DNA of 29,035 nt, taken from a virus. Its lineage: Duplodnaviria > Heunggongvirae > Uroviricota > Caudoviricetes. The position numbers and the translations under genes were made by a program. Under the pieces are notes generated by a model. It was not told the DNA's origin, searched no databases, and worked only from the letters and a program-made list of their open reading frames with translations. This document shows positions 1 through 7,769 of the stretch, one piece after another; position 1 is the first letter of the stretch, and each line of letters begins with the position of its first letter. The stretch lies in the IMG/VR virus record IMGVR_UViG_2706794693_000005; one strand, written 5' to 3'.

Positions 1-224
1 ATTGAAATGTTATGATAAAAAAGAACTTTTGCATAACATTAAAATGTAATTTATCTAATCGTTTTTAATAATAAGTGTCGTATTTCTATCCTTGTACCAG
101 CTATTTGATATGTAGTGTTTGTTCATGCTATGTGGGGCTTTACACCATAGCCAGTTTATTTATACTTTATTCGTCAGCCTGAACAACTGGCATCTGCTGC
201 GCTGCGCCATCGAGAGATTGAGAA

Positions 225-824
225 ATGGCGCATATACAACTGGTCAAACAAACCTCTTCTGGTTTACTTCTCCCGGCGACGCCGGAGAGTTGCGATTTTC
301 TGCATCAAATCAAAATAGGTGAGTGGATACACGCAGACTTTAAGCGTGTGCGTAACTACGCATTCCACAAGCGTTTTTTCAAACTCCTGCAACTGGGATT
401 CGATTACTGGACTCCGGTCGGTGGGGCGATCACGCCTCGCGAACGAGAACTGCTGTCTGGTTTCGTTGATTACCTGTGCGAATCAGTTGGTCGGGAACAC
501 ACGCCAGCCCTGAGTGATGCCGCAGAGCAATACCTTAACACCGTTGCGACTCGTAGAACCCGGGATACGGCGTTGCTAAAGTCGTTTGAGGCTTTCCGCG
601 AGTGGGTAACCATTCAGGCCGGATTTTACACCGAGCATATTTATCCGGACGGTAGCCGTGGGCGTCGGGCAAAATCCATCGCTTTTGCGAATATGGACGA
701 AGTCGAGTTTCAGCAGGTTTATAAATCTGTACTGAATGTGCTGTGGAACTGGATTCTGTTCCGTAAATTCTCCTCTCAGGAGGAAGTTGAAAATGTGGCC
801 GCACAACTACTGGAGTTTGCGTAA
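225..824 (+). CDS. conserved lambdoid nin-region protein of unknown function (199 aa)
   Basis: Intact 199-codon ORF whose stop overlaps the next start (TAATG). Sits directly upstream of the YbcO-like and Q genes, as in lambdoid nin regions. No catalytic motif recognised by eye. Confidence 0.5.
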   Translation: MAHIQLVKQTSSGLLLPATPESCDFLHQIKIGEWIHADFKRVRNYAFHKRFFKLLQLGFDYWTPVGGAITPRERELLSGFVDYLCESVGREHTPALSDAAEQYLNTVATRRTRDTALLKSFEAFREWVTIQAGFYTEHIYPDGSRGRRAKSIAFANMDEVEFQQVYKSVLNVLWNWILFRKFSSQEEVENVAAQLLEFA

Positions 825-1114
825 TGGTGAATTTACGTAAAGCGGCTAAAGGCCAGATGTGCCAGATCAGAATCCCTGGCTACTGCAATCACAATCCCGA
901 AACCTCTGTGCTGGCGCATTACAGGCTGGCGGGGACGTGCGGAACAGCGACAAAACCACATGATATGCAGGCGGCGATAGCCTGTAGCTCATGCCACGAT
1001 CTAATCGACGGGCGGGTAAAAACCAGCGATTACACCAAAGAAGAATTGCGCCTGATGCATGCTGAAGGGGTTTTTCGCACACAAGAAATCTGGAGAAAGA
1101 AAGGTCATTTATGA
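824..1114 (+). CDS. YbcO-like Cys-rich putative nuclease (DUF1364-type)
   Basis: 96 aa with cysteine cluster CQIRIPGYCN...CGTATKPHD...CSSCHD. Position just upstream of Q matches the ybcO slot of DLP12-type prophages (recollection). Start overlaps upstream stop; stop overlaps Q start (ATGA). Confidence 0.6.
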   Translation: MVNLRKAAKGQMCQIRIPGYCNHNPETSVLAHYRLAGTCGTATKPHDMQAAIACSSCHDLIDGRVKTSDYTKEELRLMHAEGVFRTQEIWRKKGHL

Positions 1115-1653
1115 TTTACCCAACGAATACAGGAAAAAGCGGAGAACACCTTCGCCTCACCACGCTGGAAAGTGTCTGGATTCAGGGAAAACTACGTATG
1201 TGGGGGCGCTGGTCGTATATTGGCGGTGGCAGGTCAGGGAATATGTTCAATCAGTTGTTGGCATCCAAAAAACTGACGAAAACAGCCATTAATGAAGCCC
1301 TGCGCAGAATGAAAAAAGCGGGAATAGAGAAAGCTGAGCTGGAAGCGTTTTTGCGAGAGATGATCAACGGCAAGCAAAAGAGCTGGCTGGCGCATTGTAC
1401 TGATGCAGAGGCGTTATGTATTGATCGAGTCATAAGTGAGGTGCTGGCAGAGCATCCAGGATTGATTTGCATTCTCCGGCAACGCTATGAAGGGCGGGGG
1501 ATGACTAAGCGCAAAATGGCTGAATTGCTAAATGATGCACACCCAGAGTGGTGTTTTAGCACATGCGAAAAACGGATTGCTAATTGGTTAGCTGTTGCTG
1601 AGTATGCCCTATATATTCCCATGCGTGAATCATTTGCTGAGAAAATGGCTTGA
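1111..1653 (+). CDS. late-gene antiterminator Q-like protein
   Basis: 180 aa, last gene before a promoter/terminator pair and the lysis cassette. Contains the L-E-x-W-G-x-W style segment (LESVWIQGKLRMWGRWSYIGG) recalled from phage Q proteins. Family assignment by context and motif, not by search. Confidence 0.6.
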   Translation: MIYPTNTGKSGEHLRLTTLESVWIQGKLRMWGRWSYIGGGRSGNMFNQLLASKKLTKTAINEALRRMKKAGIEKAELEAFLREMINGKQKSWLAHCTDAEALCIDRVISEVLAEHPGLICILRQRYEGRGMTKRKMAELLNDAHPEWCFSTCEKRIANWLAVAEYALYIPMRESFAEKMA

Positions 1654-1690
1654 TTTCTTACGTATAAACTGCTTCAATTTTGCTATGCTT
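1650..1690 (+). promoter_or_regulatory. candidate PR'-like late promoter / Q-utilisation region
   Basis: TTGATT (1650-1655), 17-bp spacer, TTCAAT (1673-1678), and a second -10-like TATGCT at 1684-1689, immediately downstream of the Q stop and about 50-80 nt upstream of the terminator. Hexamers are weak matches; placement by analogy with lambda PR'/qut. Confidence 0.3.
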
Positions 1691-1733
1691 CGCAAAGCTG
1701 TATCGCGAGGCGGATTGCAGACATGGACATCGT

Positions 1734-1760
1734 AAAAAAACCGCTTAATGCGGTTTTTTT
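1734..1760 (+). terminator. rho-independent terminator (tR'-like), potentially bidirectional
   Basis: aaaaaaaccgc-ttaat-gcggttttttt: perfect stem flanked by an A7 tract upstream and a T7 tract downstream. Confidence 0.7.
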
Positions 1761-2650
1761 ACGTCAGGAAAGCAGGGGAGAATGCTGCTAGTTGGGCAAC
1801 TGGTCTTTCTGCTCCAAATTATAACAGAGACCAGTTATAGTTTCGGTGCTGTGTTTTTTTTACAATATTGTGATAACACATTGCTGGCGGGAGTTTTGAT
1901 ATTTCTTGGCAGGGGCTGATGATGCGTTATCCTGATGTCGTCAACTCATATAAAATGAGATGAGAGATCATTGCAGGGTGGTTTGTAATTCGCTGTTTAG
2001 NNNNNNNNNNNNNNNNNNNNNNNNNNNNNNNNNNNNNNNNNNNNNNNNNNNNNNNNNNNNNNNNNNNNNNNNNNNNNNNNNNNNNNNNNNNNNNNNNNNN
2101 NNNNNNNNNNNNNNNNNNNNNNNNNNNNNNNNNNNNNNNNNNNNNNNNNNNNNNNNNNNNNNNNNNNNNNNNNNNNNNNNNNNNNNNNNNNNNNNNNNNN
2201 NNNNNNNNNNNNNNNNNNNNNNNNNNNNNNNNNNNNNNNNNNNNNNNNNNNNNNNTGTATGATGAGTATTTTTTGTTTTCCTTTTTTCCAGTCATCTGAT
2301 GATGACCTGCTTCTTTTTAATCCGGATCGACATCAGTTTTTTAAGATAATTCCTGCGAGTTATATGCATAAATGCCACAAACTCCGCATTTTATGTGGTT
2401 GGGAGTTGCCGGGCGCGCAGTGAGTTTGCTAAGAAAACTCCTGCATGGTGAATCCCCCTGTGCGGTGGGGTGATACCATTAACCTTTTCTGTCGCCGACA
2501 GGTATCACGAACATTTTGTTCACCGGGAGGCACCCGGCACCATGCACTTCAATAGATTCTCTCCACATTATGGATATTCTTTCAGAATATCCCACGCAGA
2601 CTTTGTGTAAATGTTAACAAATGTGCGTTTTATTTGATCTGATTCGCTGT

Positions 2651-2680
2651 TTGAGCGTCCAAAACAACGGTATATATAAT
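2651..2680 (+). promoter_or_regulatory. sigma70-like promoter for the TolA-like lipoprotein cassette
   Basis: TTGAGC (2651-2656) and TATAAT (2675-2680) within a TATATATAAT run, spacer 16-18 bp depending on register. About 30 nt upstream of the GAGGA Shine-Dalgarno and the ATG at 2710. Confidence 0.5.
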
Positions 2681-2709
2681 CCTTTACTATATGACATATG
2701 TGAGGAAAA

Positions 2710-3138
2710 ATGGGTTTTCGTAGCGCATCAATTCTTACGTTGATTATTAGTGGGATTATTATCGGGTGCACTGATGCTGTATCGACAAATTATCATGACC
2801 GTACATCATATTACTCCGATAAAGCAATAGAGACACAGTATGTGAGTTCATCTGAACGTACTTCTGATGTTAGTGAGGATATCCGTCTGTATGCCCATCA
2901 AATCAAGAGCGCCATCGAAAAACAGTTCGGGGATGCGAGTAAGTATTCAGGAAAAGAGTGTACACTGAGAATGCATATGGCCCCGAATGGCCTTCTACTG
3001 GAGGTTAAAAGAGAAAGTGGAGACCTCGATTTATGTCGTGAAGCGATGAATGCGATAAAGAATGCTGATATACCTGCCCCCCCTTCGCCGGAAGTATATA
3101 AAGTATTTCAAAATGGGGTGCTGGATTTTAAACCCTGA
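2710..3138 (+). CDS. lipoprotein with TolA C-terminal (domain III)-like domain
   Basis: 142 aa; signal peptide with lipobox IIGC (Cys20). C-terminal ~85 aa (YAHQIKSAIEKQFGDASKYSGKECTLRMHMAPNGLLLEVKRESGDLDLCREAMNAIKNADIPAPPSPEVYKVFQNGVLDFKP) aligns closely with the recalled C-terminus of E. coli TolA (...YAGQIKSAIESKFYDASSYAGKTCTLRIKLAPDGMLLDIKPEGGDPALCQAALAAAKLAKIPKPPSQAVYEVFKNAPLDFKP). AT-rich codon usage; good SD. Confidence 0.8.
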   Translation: MGFRSASILTLIISGIIIGCTDAVSTNYHDRTSYYSDKAIETQYVSSSERTSDVSEDIRLYAHQIKSAIEKQFGDASKYSGKECTLRMHMAPNGLLLEVKRESGDLDLCREAMNAIKNADIPAPPSPEVYKVFQNGVLDFKP

Positions 3139-3288
3139 TATTTATTGTTTTGTAATAAACGGTTTCGGCTTAGGTTTGTTCTGACACAGCTACGGCACTG
3201 AGCTAAATTTAGCGGATAGTCAGCTCTGAGCCAGTGGCGGACGTAACAACTACTATTGCTGAGATTTTAATGGATTGAGGAGCAAGAA

Positions 3289-3684
3289 GTGGGATTAAAG
3301 AAAATCGTTATGTTGACTTTTTGGGTCGGTTTTGTTGCGGGATGCACACCTTTACACCCTTCAGATTGCCACAAAACTACTGCTACAGGTAGTTGCAGTT
3401 CAGGACGCTGGGATGATCAGGATGAATGGGGGGCGCAAGCGCGGGGAATCAGAGCTGCAATTAATGCCAAACTTGATGAGCCGCATAACTGGAAAGGGAA
3501 AAAATGCAGGTTGCATATGGAATTCTCTCAGGATGGCACGGCGTTAAAAATATCTACCAGTAACGGTGATAAAGCCTATTGCGAAGCGATAAAGTCCGCA
3601 GCTCATAAAGCCAAATTTCCGGCCTTCAACAATCCGGAAGTCTACAGAGATTTTCAGAAATCTGGCTTTGACATGCGAGGTTAG
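3289..3684 (+). CDS. second lipoprotein with divergent TolA domain III-like C-terminus
   Basis: 131 aa, GTG start 8 nt after a GAGGA SD; lipobox VAGC (Cys19). C-terminal part keeps the GK-C-L...DG...GD..C...AK.P...VY..F pattern of TolA-III (KGKKCRLHMEFSQDGTALKISTSNGDKAYCEAIKSAAHKAKFPAFNNPEVYRDFQ). Confidence 0.7.
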   Translation: MGLKKIVMLTFWVGFVAGCTPLHPSDCHKTTATGSCSSGRWDDQDEWGAQARGIRAAINAKLDEPHNWKGKKCRLHMEFSQDGTALKISTSNGDKAYCEAIKSAAHKAKFPAFNNPEVYRDFQKSGFDMRG

Positions 3685-3809
3685 CTCTTCAATTACTATA
3701 TCTCATTCATAGCAAACTGACAGATTTGATGATGTTCTATATACGAAACCTGTGATGTCAAGTCTGAGCTAATACAAATAAACATAATATCAGAGAAATA
3801 CATTTTATT

Positions 3810-3833
3810 AGCTCGCTACGGCGAGCTTTTTAT
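3810..3833 (+). terminator. rho-independent terminator closing the lipoprotein cassette
   Basis: agctcgc-tacg-gcgagct stem-loop followed by TTTTTAT. Confidence 0.6.
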
Positions 3834-3935
3834 ATTGCATCGTCTCCAGCATATATATCAATTAAGGCTCTGATTGATGTGTCTGAAAGCCTACACATAA
3901 TAACTATGCCATCCGTTCCGTGCGGAGGTGAGGCT

Positions 3936-4151
3936 ATGAAATCCATGGACAAAATTTCAACAGGCATTGCCTACGGCACCTCCGCAGGCAGTGCTGGCTA
4001 CTGGTTTTTACAGTTGCTCGATAGAGTAACTCCGTCACAGTGGGCTGCAATCGGTGTGCTGGGTAGTCTGGTATTTGGCCTGCTGACGTACCTGACAAAC
4101 CTTTATTTCAAGATTAAAGAAGATAAGCGCAAGGCTGCGAGAGGTGAATAA
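3936..4151 (+). CDS. S: class II holin (pinholin, phage 21 S-type) with dual start
   Basis: Translation from the ATG at 3936 gives [71 protein letters not shown] (71 aa), matching the recalled S21 pinholin including the MKSM/MDK dual-start motif. GGAGGTGAGG SD upstream. The longer ORF from the GTG at 3879 is judged an artefact. Confidence 0.85.
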   Translation: MKSMDKISTGIAYGTSAGSAGYWFLQLLDRVTPSQWAAIGVLGSLVFGLLTYLTNLYFKIKEDKRKAARGE

Positions 4152-4774
4152 TGCCTCCATCATTACGAAAAGTCGTTGCTGCTGCTATTGGTGGCGGAGC
4201 AATTGCTATAGCATCAGTGTTAATCACTGGCCCAAGTGGTAACGATGGTCTGGAAGGTGTCAGCTACATACCATACAAAGATATTGTTGGTGTATGGACT
4301 GTATGTCACGGGCATACNNNNNNNNNNNNNNNNNNNNNNNNNNNNNNNNNNNNNNNNNNNNNNNNNNNNNNNNNNNNNNNNNNNNNNNNNNNNNNNNNNN
4401 NNNNNNNNNNNNNNNNNNNNNNNNNNNNNNNNNNNNNNNNNNNNNNNNNNNNNNNNNNNNNNNNNNNNNNNNNNNNNNNNNNNNNNNNNNNNNNNNNNNN
4501 NNNNNNNNNNNNNNNNNNNNNNNNNNNNNNNNNNNNNNNNNNNNNNNNNNNNNNNNNNNNNNNNNNNNNNNNNNNNNNNNNNNNNNNNNNNNNNNNNNAC
4601 GTGGGTGCTGGCAATTTCAGAACATCGACGCTTCTTCGCAAAATAAACCAGGGCGATATCAAAGGCGCATGTGATCAGCTACGTCGCTGGACATATGCTG
4701 GCGGTAAGCAATGGAAAGGGCTGATGACCCGTCGTGAGATTGAGCGTGAAGTCTGTTTGTGGGGGCAGCAATGA
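4151..4774 (+). CDS. R: SAR endolysin (phage 21 R-type lysozyme), interior masked by Ns
   Basis: N-terminus [27 protein letters not shown] is a Gly/Ala-rich signal-arrest-release segment; C-terminus [57 protein letters not shown] matches recalled R21. Start overlaps holin stop; stop overlaps Rz start (ATGA). The catalytic middle lies in the 4319-4598 N block. Confidence 0.85.
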
Positions 4775-5235
4775 GCAGAGTCACCGCGATTATCTCCGCT
4801 CTGGTTATCTGCATCATCGTCTGCCTGTCATGGGCTGTTAATCATTACCGTGATAACGCCATTACCTACAAAGCCCAGCGCGACAAAAATGCCAGAGAAC
4901 TGAAGCTGGCGAACGCGGCAATTACTGACATGCAGATGCGTCAGCGTGATGTTGCTGCGCTCGATGCAAAATACACGAAGGAGTTAGCTGATGCGAAAGC
5001 TGAAAATGATGCTCTGCGTGATGATGTTGCCGCTGGTCGTCGTCGGTTGCACATCAAAGCAGTCTGTCAGTCAGTGCGTGAAGCCACCACCGCCTCCGGC
5101 GTGGATAATGCAGCCTCCCCCCGACTGGCAGACACCGCTGAACGGGATTATTTCACCCTCCGGGAACGACTGGTAATGATGCAGGCCCAACTTGAAGGTG
5201 CTCAGCAATACATAACCGAGCAGTGTTTAAAGTAA
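4771..5235 (+). CDS. Rz: Rz inner-membrane spanin (i-spanin)
   Basis: From the ATG at 4771: [29 protein letters not shown]..., N-terminal TM plus coiled-coil periplasmic domain, near-identical to recalled lambda Rz. The track start at 4759 is a GTG extension. Confidence 0.85.
4991..5176 (+). CDS. Rz1: Rz1 outer-membrane lipoprotein spanin (o-spanin), embedded in +1 frame within Rz
   Basis: 61 aa, lipobox VVGC, proline-rich mature part ([22 protein letters not shown]); near-identical to recalled lambda Rz1. Lies entirely inside Rz in the +1 frame. Confidence 0.8.
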   Translation: MRKLKMMLCVMMLPLVVVGCTSKQSVSQCVKPPPPPAWIMQPPPDWQTPLNGIISPSGNDW

Positions 5236-5259
5236 AATCTTAACTACAATATGATTCAN

Positions 5260-6843
5260 NNNNNNNNNNNNNNNNNNNNNNNNNNNNNNNNNNNNNNNNN
5301 NNNNNNNNNNNNNNNNNNNNNNNNNNNNNNNNNNNNNNNNNNNNNNNNNNNNNNNNNNNNNNNNNNNNNNNNNNNNNNNNNNNNNNNNNNNNNNNNNNNN
5401 NNNNNNNNNNNNNNNNNNNNNNNNNNNNNNNNNNNNNNNNNNNNNNNNNNNNNNNNNNNNNNNNNNNNNNNNNNNNNNNNNNNNNNNNNNNNNNNNNNNN
5501 NNNNNNNNNNNNNNNNNACTTTCGTTATATTTTTTTGCATTGGTGGCGGAGCGTGGTATACAACTAAGAAATCTGGCATTCAATTACGTACCCGTGATGG
5601 GTTTATTATAATTGTAATGTTTTGGATTTTGTTTTCTGTTATTAGTGCATTCCCTTTATGGATTGACTCAGAACTTAATTTAACGTTCATTGATGCTCTG
5701 TTTGAAGGGGTTTCTGGAATAACAACAACAGGAGCAACTGTAATTGATGATGTTAGTTCATTACCTCGGGCATATTTGTACTATCGGTCACAGTTAAATT
5801 TTATAGGTGGTTTAGGAGTTATTGTTCTGGCGGTTGCAGTATTGCCATTATTGGGTATTGGTGGTGCAAAGCTTTATCAGTCAGAAATGCCGGGGCCATT
5901 TAAGGATGACAAACTCACTCCCCGCCTGGCCGATACGTCACGGACACTGTGGATAACTTATTCTTTATTAGGTATTGCTTGTATTGTCTGTTATAGACTT
6001 GCAGGAATGCCTTTGTTTGATGCTATTTGTCACGGGATTTCCACAGTTTCGCTTGGTGGTTTCTCAACTCATAGCGAGAGTATCGGATATTTTAATAACT
6101 ATTTGGTTGAGCTGGTGGCTGGTTCTTTTTCCCTGCTATCGGCTTTCAACTTCACTCTTTGGTATATTGTTATTAGCAGAAAAACGATAAAACCTTTAAT
6201 CAGAGATATTGAACTTCGTTTCTTTCTGTTAATAGCCTTAGGGGTGATCATTGTTACCTCTTTCCAGGTCTGGCATATAGGTATGTATGACTTGCATGGA
6301 AGTTTTATTCATTCGTTTTTTCTTGCCAGCTCCATGCTCACTGATAATGGTTTAGCTACGCAGGATTATGCAAACTGGCCCACGCACACGATAGTGTTTT
6401 TGCTGTTGTCAAGTTTCTTTGGGGGATGTATAGGTTCAACCTGTGGTGGAATTAAGTCACTTCGATTTCTTATACTTTTCAAACAAAGCAAACACGAGAT
6501 AAATCAGCTTTCTCATCCCAGAGCGTTGTTGAGTGTAAATGTAGGAGGGAAGATAGTTACAGATCGTGTAATGAGGTCTGTATGGAGTTTCTTTTTTCTT
6601 TATACTCTCTTCACGGTGTTTTTTATACTGGTGTTAAATGGTATGGGATATGATTTTCTTACATCATTTGCAACAGTGGCTGCATGTATTAATAATATGG
6701 GATTAGGTTTTGGGGCTACTGCATCGTCATTCGGAGTGCTTAATGACATTGCAAAATATTTAATGTGCATAGCTATGATTCTTGGTCGCCTTGAAATTTA
6801 TCCTGTTATTATATTGTTTTCAGGTTTTTTTTGGCGCTCCTAA
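5260..6843 (+). CDS. trkG: TrkG potassium uptake protein (TrkH/TrkG family), start hidden in N block
   Basis: Visible 441 aa from 5518 (TFVIFFCIGGGAWYTTKKSGIQLRTRDGFIIIVMFWILF...ILGRLEIYPVIILFSGFFWRS) matches recalled E. coli K-12 Rac-prophage TrkG essentially residue for residue. Multi-pass membrane protein, strongly AT-rich. True start lies inside the 5260-5517 mask; 5260 is an outer bound. Confidence 0.85.
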   Translation, partial: XXXXXXXXXXXXXXXXXXXXXXXXXXXXXXXXXXXXXXXXXXXXXXXXXXXXXXXXXXXXXXXXXXXXXXXXXXXXXXXXXXXXXXTFVIFFCIGGGAWYTTKKSGIQLRTRDGFIIIVMFWILFSVISAFPLWIDSELNLTFIDALFEGVSGITTTGATVIDDVSSLPRAYLYYRSQLNFIGGLGVIVLAVAVLPLLGIGGAKLYQSEMPGPFKDDKLTPRLADTSRTLWITYSLLGIACIVCYRLAGMPLFDAICHGISTVSLGGFSTHSESIGYFNNYLVELVAGSFSLLSAFNFTLWYIVISRKTIKPLIRDIELRFFLLIALGVIIVTSFQVWHIGMYDLHGSFIHSFFLASSMLTDNGLATQDYANWPTHTIVFLLLSSFFGGCIGSTCGGIKSLRFLILFKQSKHEINQLSHPRALLSVNVGGKIVTDRVMRSVWSFFFLYTLFTVFFILVLNGMGYDFLTSFATVAACINNMGLGFGATASSFGVLNDIAKYLMCIAMILGRLEIYPVIILFSGFFWRS

Positions 6844-6980
6844 TATATGGCTGATTTATAATTGTGAGTTTAATATTATGTTGACTCACTCATTGATCCA
6901 ATACCTAACTTTACCAGCAACACCTCCGCCCCCAGTAGCACTGGCTGCTGGGGTGCGTTTTATTCATAAAGCAAGGCTGT

Positions 6981-7769
6981 ATGAGCGAGAAATTAAAGAT
7001 AGTCTATCGCCCATTACAAGAATTGTCACCGTATGCGCACAACGCCAGGACGCACAGTACTGAGCAGGTGGCACAACTGGTAGAAAGTATTAAGCAATTC
7101 GGCTGGACTAATCCGGTGCTGATTGACGAAAAGGGCGAAATTATTGCGGGTCACGGTCGTGTTATGGCGGCTGAAATGCTCAAAATGGATTCTGTTCCGG
7201 TCATTGTTCTGTCTGGCCTGACGGATGAGCAGAAAAAGGCGTACCGCCTGGCAGATAATCGCCTGCCGATGAATGCTGGCTGGGATGAAGATCTGTTGCG
7301 GATGGAGCTGTCGGACCTAATCAATGCTGATTTTGATGTCTCCCTGACAGGCTTCATCCCGGCAGAAATTGATGAACTGTTGACGGATGTTTTGCCCGGT
7401 ACAGGAAATGAGGAGGAGCCGTATACGACGAAAATTGATACGCCTGTTTATGAGCCGTCAGGCGGTAAACCGGATATCAGTGAACTGTACGACGATACGA
7501 AAACTCAGGAGCTGATCAGCCGGATACGTTCGGCGTCCCTTGATCCTGATATTGAGAAATTCCTCCTGTGTGCAGCAGAACGTCACACGGTGTTTAATTT
7601 CAGCAGAATTGCGGACTATTACGCTCATGCCCCCGCTGAAATTCAGTGCCTTTTCGAGGAGTCGGCGCTGGTGATCATTGATTATCAGCAGGCTATTGAA
7701 AATGGATTTGTCCGAATGACGCAGCGCATGGTGGAGATCATGCATGGCGGGGAGGAGGAATATGCGTGA
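6981..7769 (+). CDS. ParB-like nuclease-domain protein (YnaK-like)
   Basis: 262 aa; N-terminal region (YRPLQELSPYAHNARTHSTEQVAQLVESIKQFGWTNPVLIDEKGEIIAGHGRVMAA) has the ParB/sulfiredoxin N-terminal-domain pattern including the GxxR segment. Acidic C-terminal half. Follows trkG as ynaK does in K-12 Rac (recollection). Confidence 0.65.
   Translation: MSEKLKIVYRPLQELSPYAHNARTHSTEQVAQLVESIKQFGWTNPVLIDEKGEIIAGHGRVMAAEMLKMDSVPVIVLSGLTDEQKKAYRLADNRLPMNAGWDEDLLRMELSDLINADFDVSLTGFIPAEIDELLTDVLPGTGNEEEPYTTKIDTPVYEPSGGKPDISELYDDTKTQELISRIRSASLDPDIEKFLLCAAERHTVFNFSRIADYYAHAPAEIQCLFEESALVIIDYQQAIENGFVRMTQRMVEIMHGGEEEYA

Noticed and set aside
119-513. ORFs 119..322 and 319..513 (+)
   Set aside because: Both overlap the longer 225..824 ORF in alternative frames; no independent SD; composition consistent with out-of-frame translation.
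1059-1292. ORF 1059..1292 (+) overlapping the YbcO-like/Q junction
   Set aside because: Alternative frame of two well-supported genes; basic low-complexity product.
1771-2000. tRNA gene downstream of tR' (as found after Q in some Stx phages)
   Set aside because: No cloverleaf-compatible segment with a T-loop GTTCRA motif and CCA-proximal acceptor stem could be found by eye in the visible sequence; cannot exclude one inside the N block.
1927-2295. ORFs on both strands running through the 2001-2255 N block (1927..2295 minus, 1960..2262 plus)
   Set aside because: Almost entirely translated Ns; only 13-14 real codons each, so there is no evidence either way. The plus-strand start at 1960 is mentioned in findings only as a possibility.
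1988-2652. 11-nt direct repeat ATTCGCTGTTT at 1988-1998 and 2642-2652 flanking the masked block
   Set aside because: An exact 11-mer recurring somewhere in a 29-kb window is expected by chance; without the masked sequence it cannot be argued to be a target-site duplication or att-like site.
2568-2771. 67-aa ORF on minus strand overlapping the lipoprotein promoter and start
   Set aside because: Antisense to a promoter/SD/start region of a well-supported gene; Ile-rich product typical of AT-rich antisense translation.
3879-3935. N-terminal extension of the holin from the GTG at 3879 ([19 protein letters not shown])
   Set aside because: The SD GGAGGTGAGG sits immediately upstream of the ATG at 3936 and the known pinholin dual-start motif begins there; the extension would place the SD inside the coding region.
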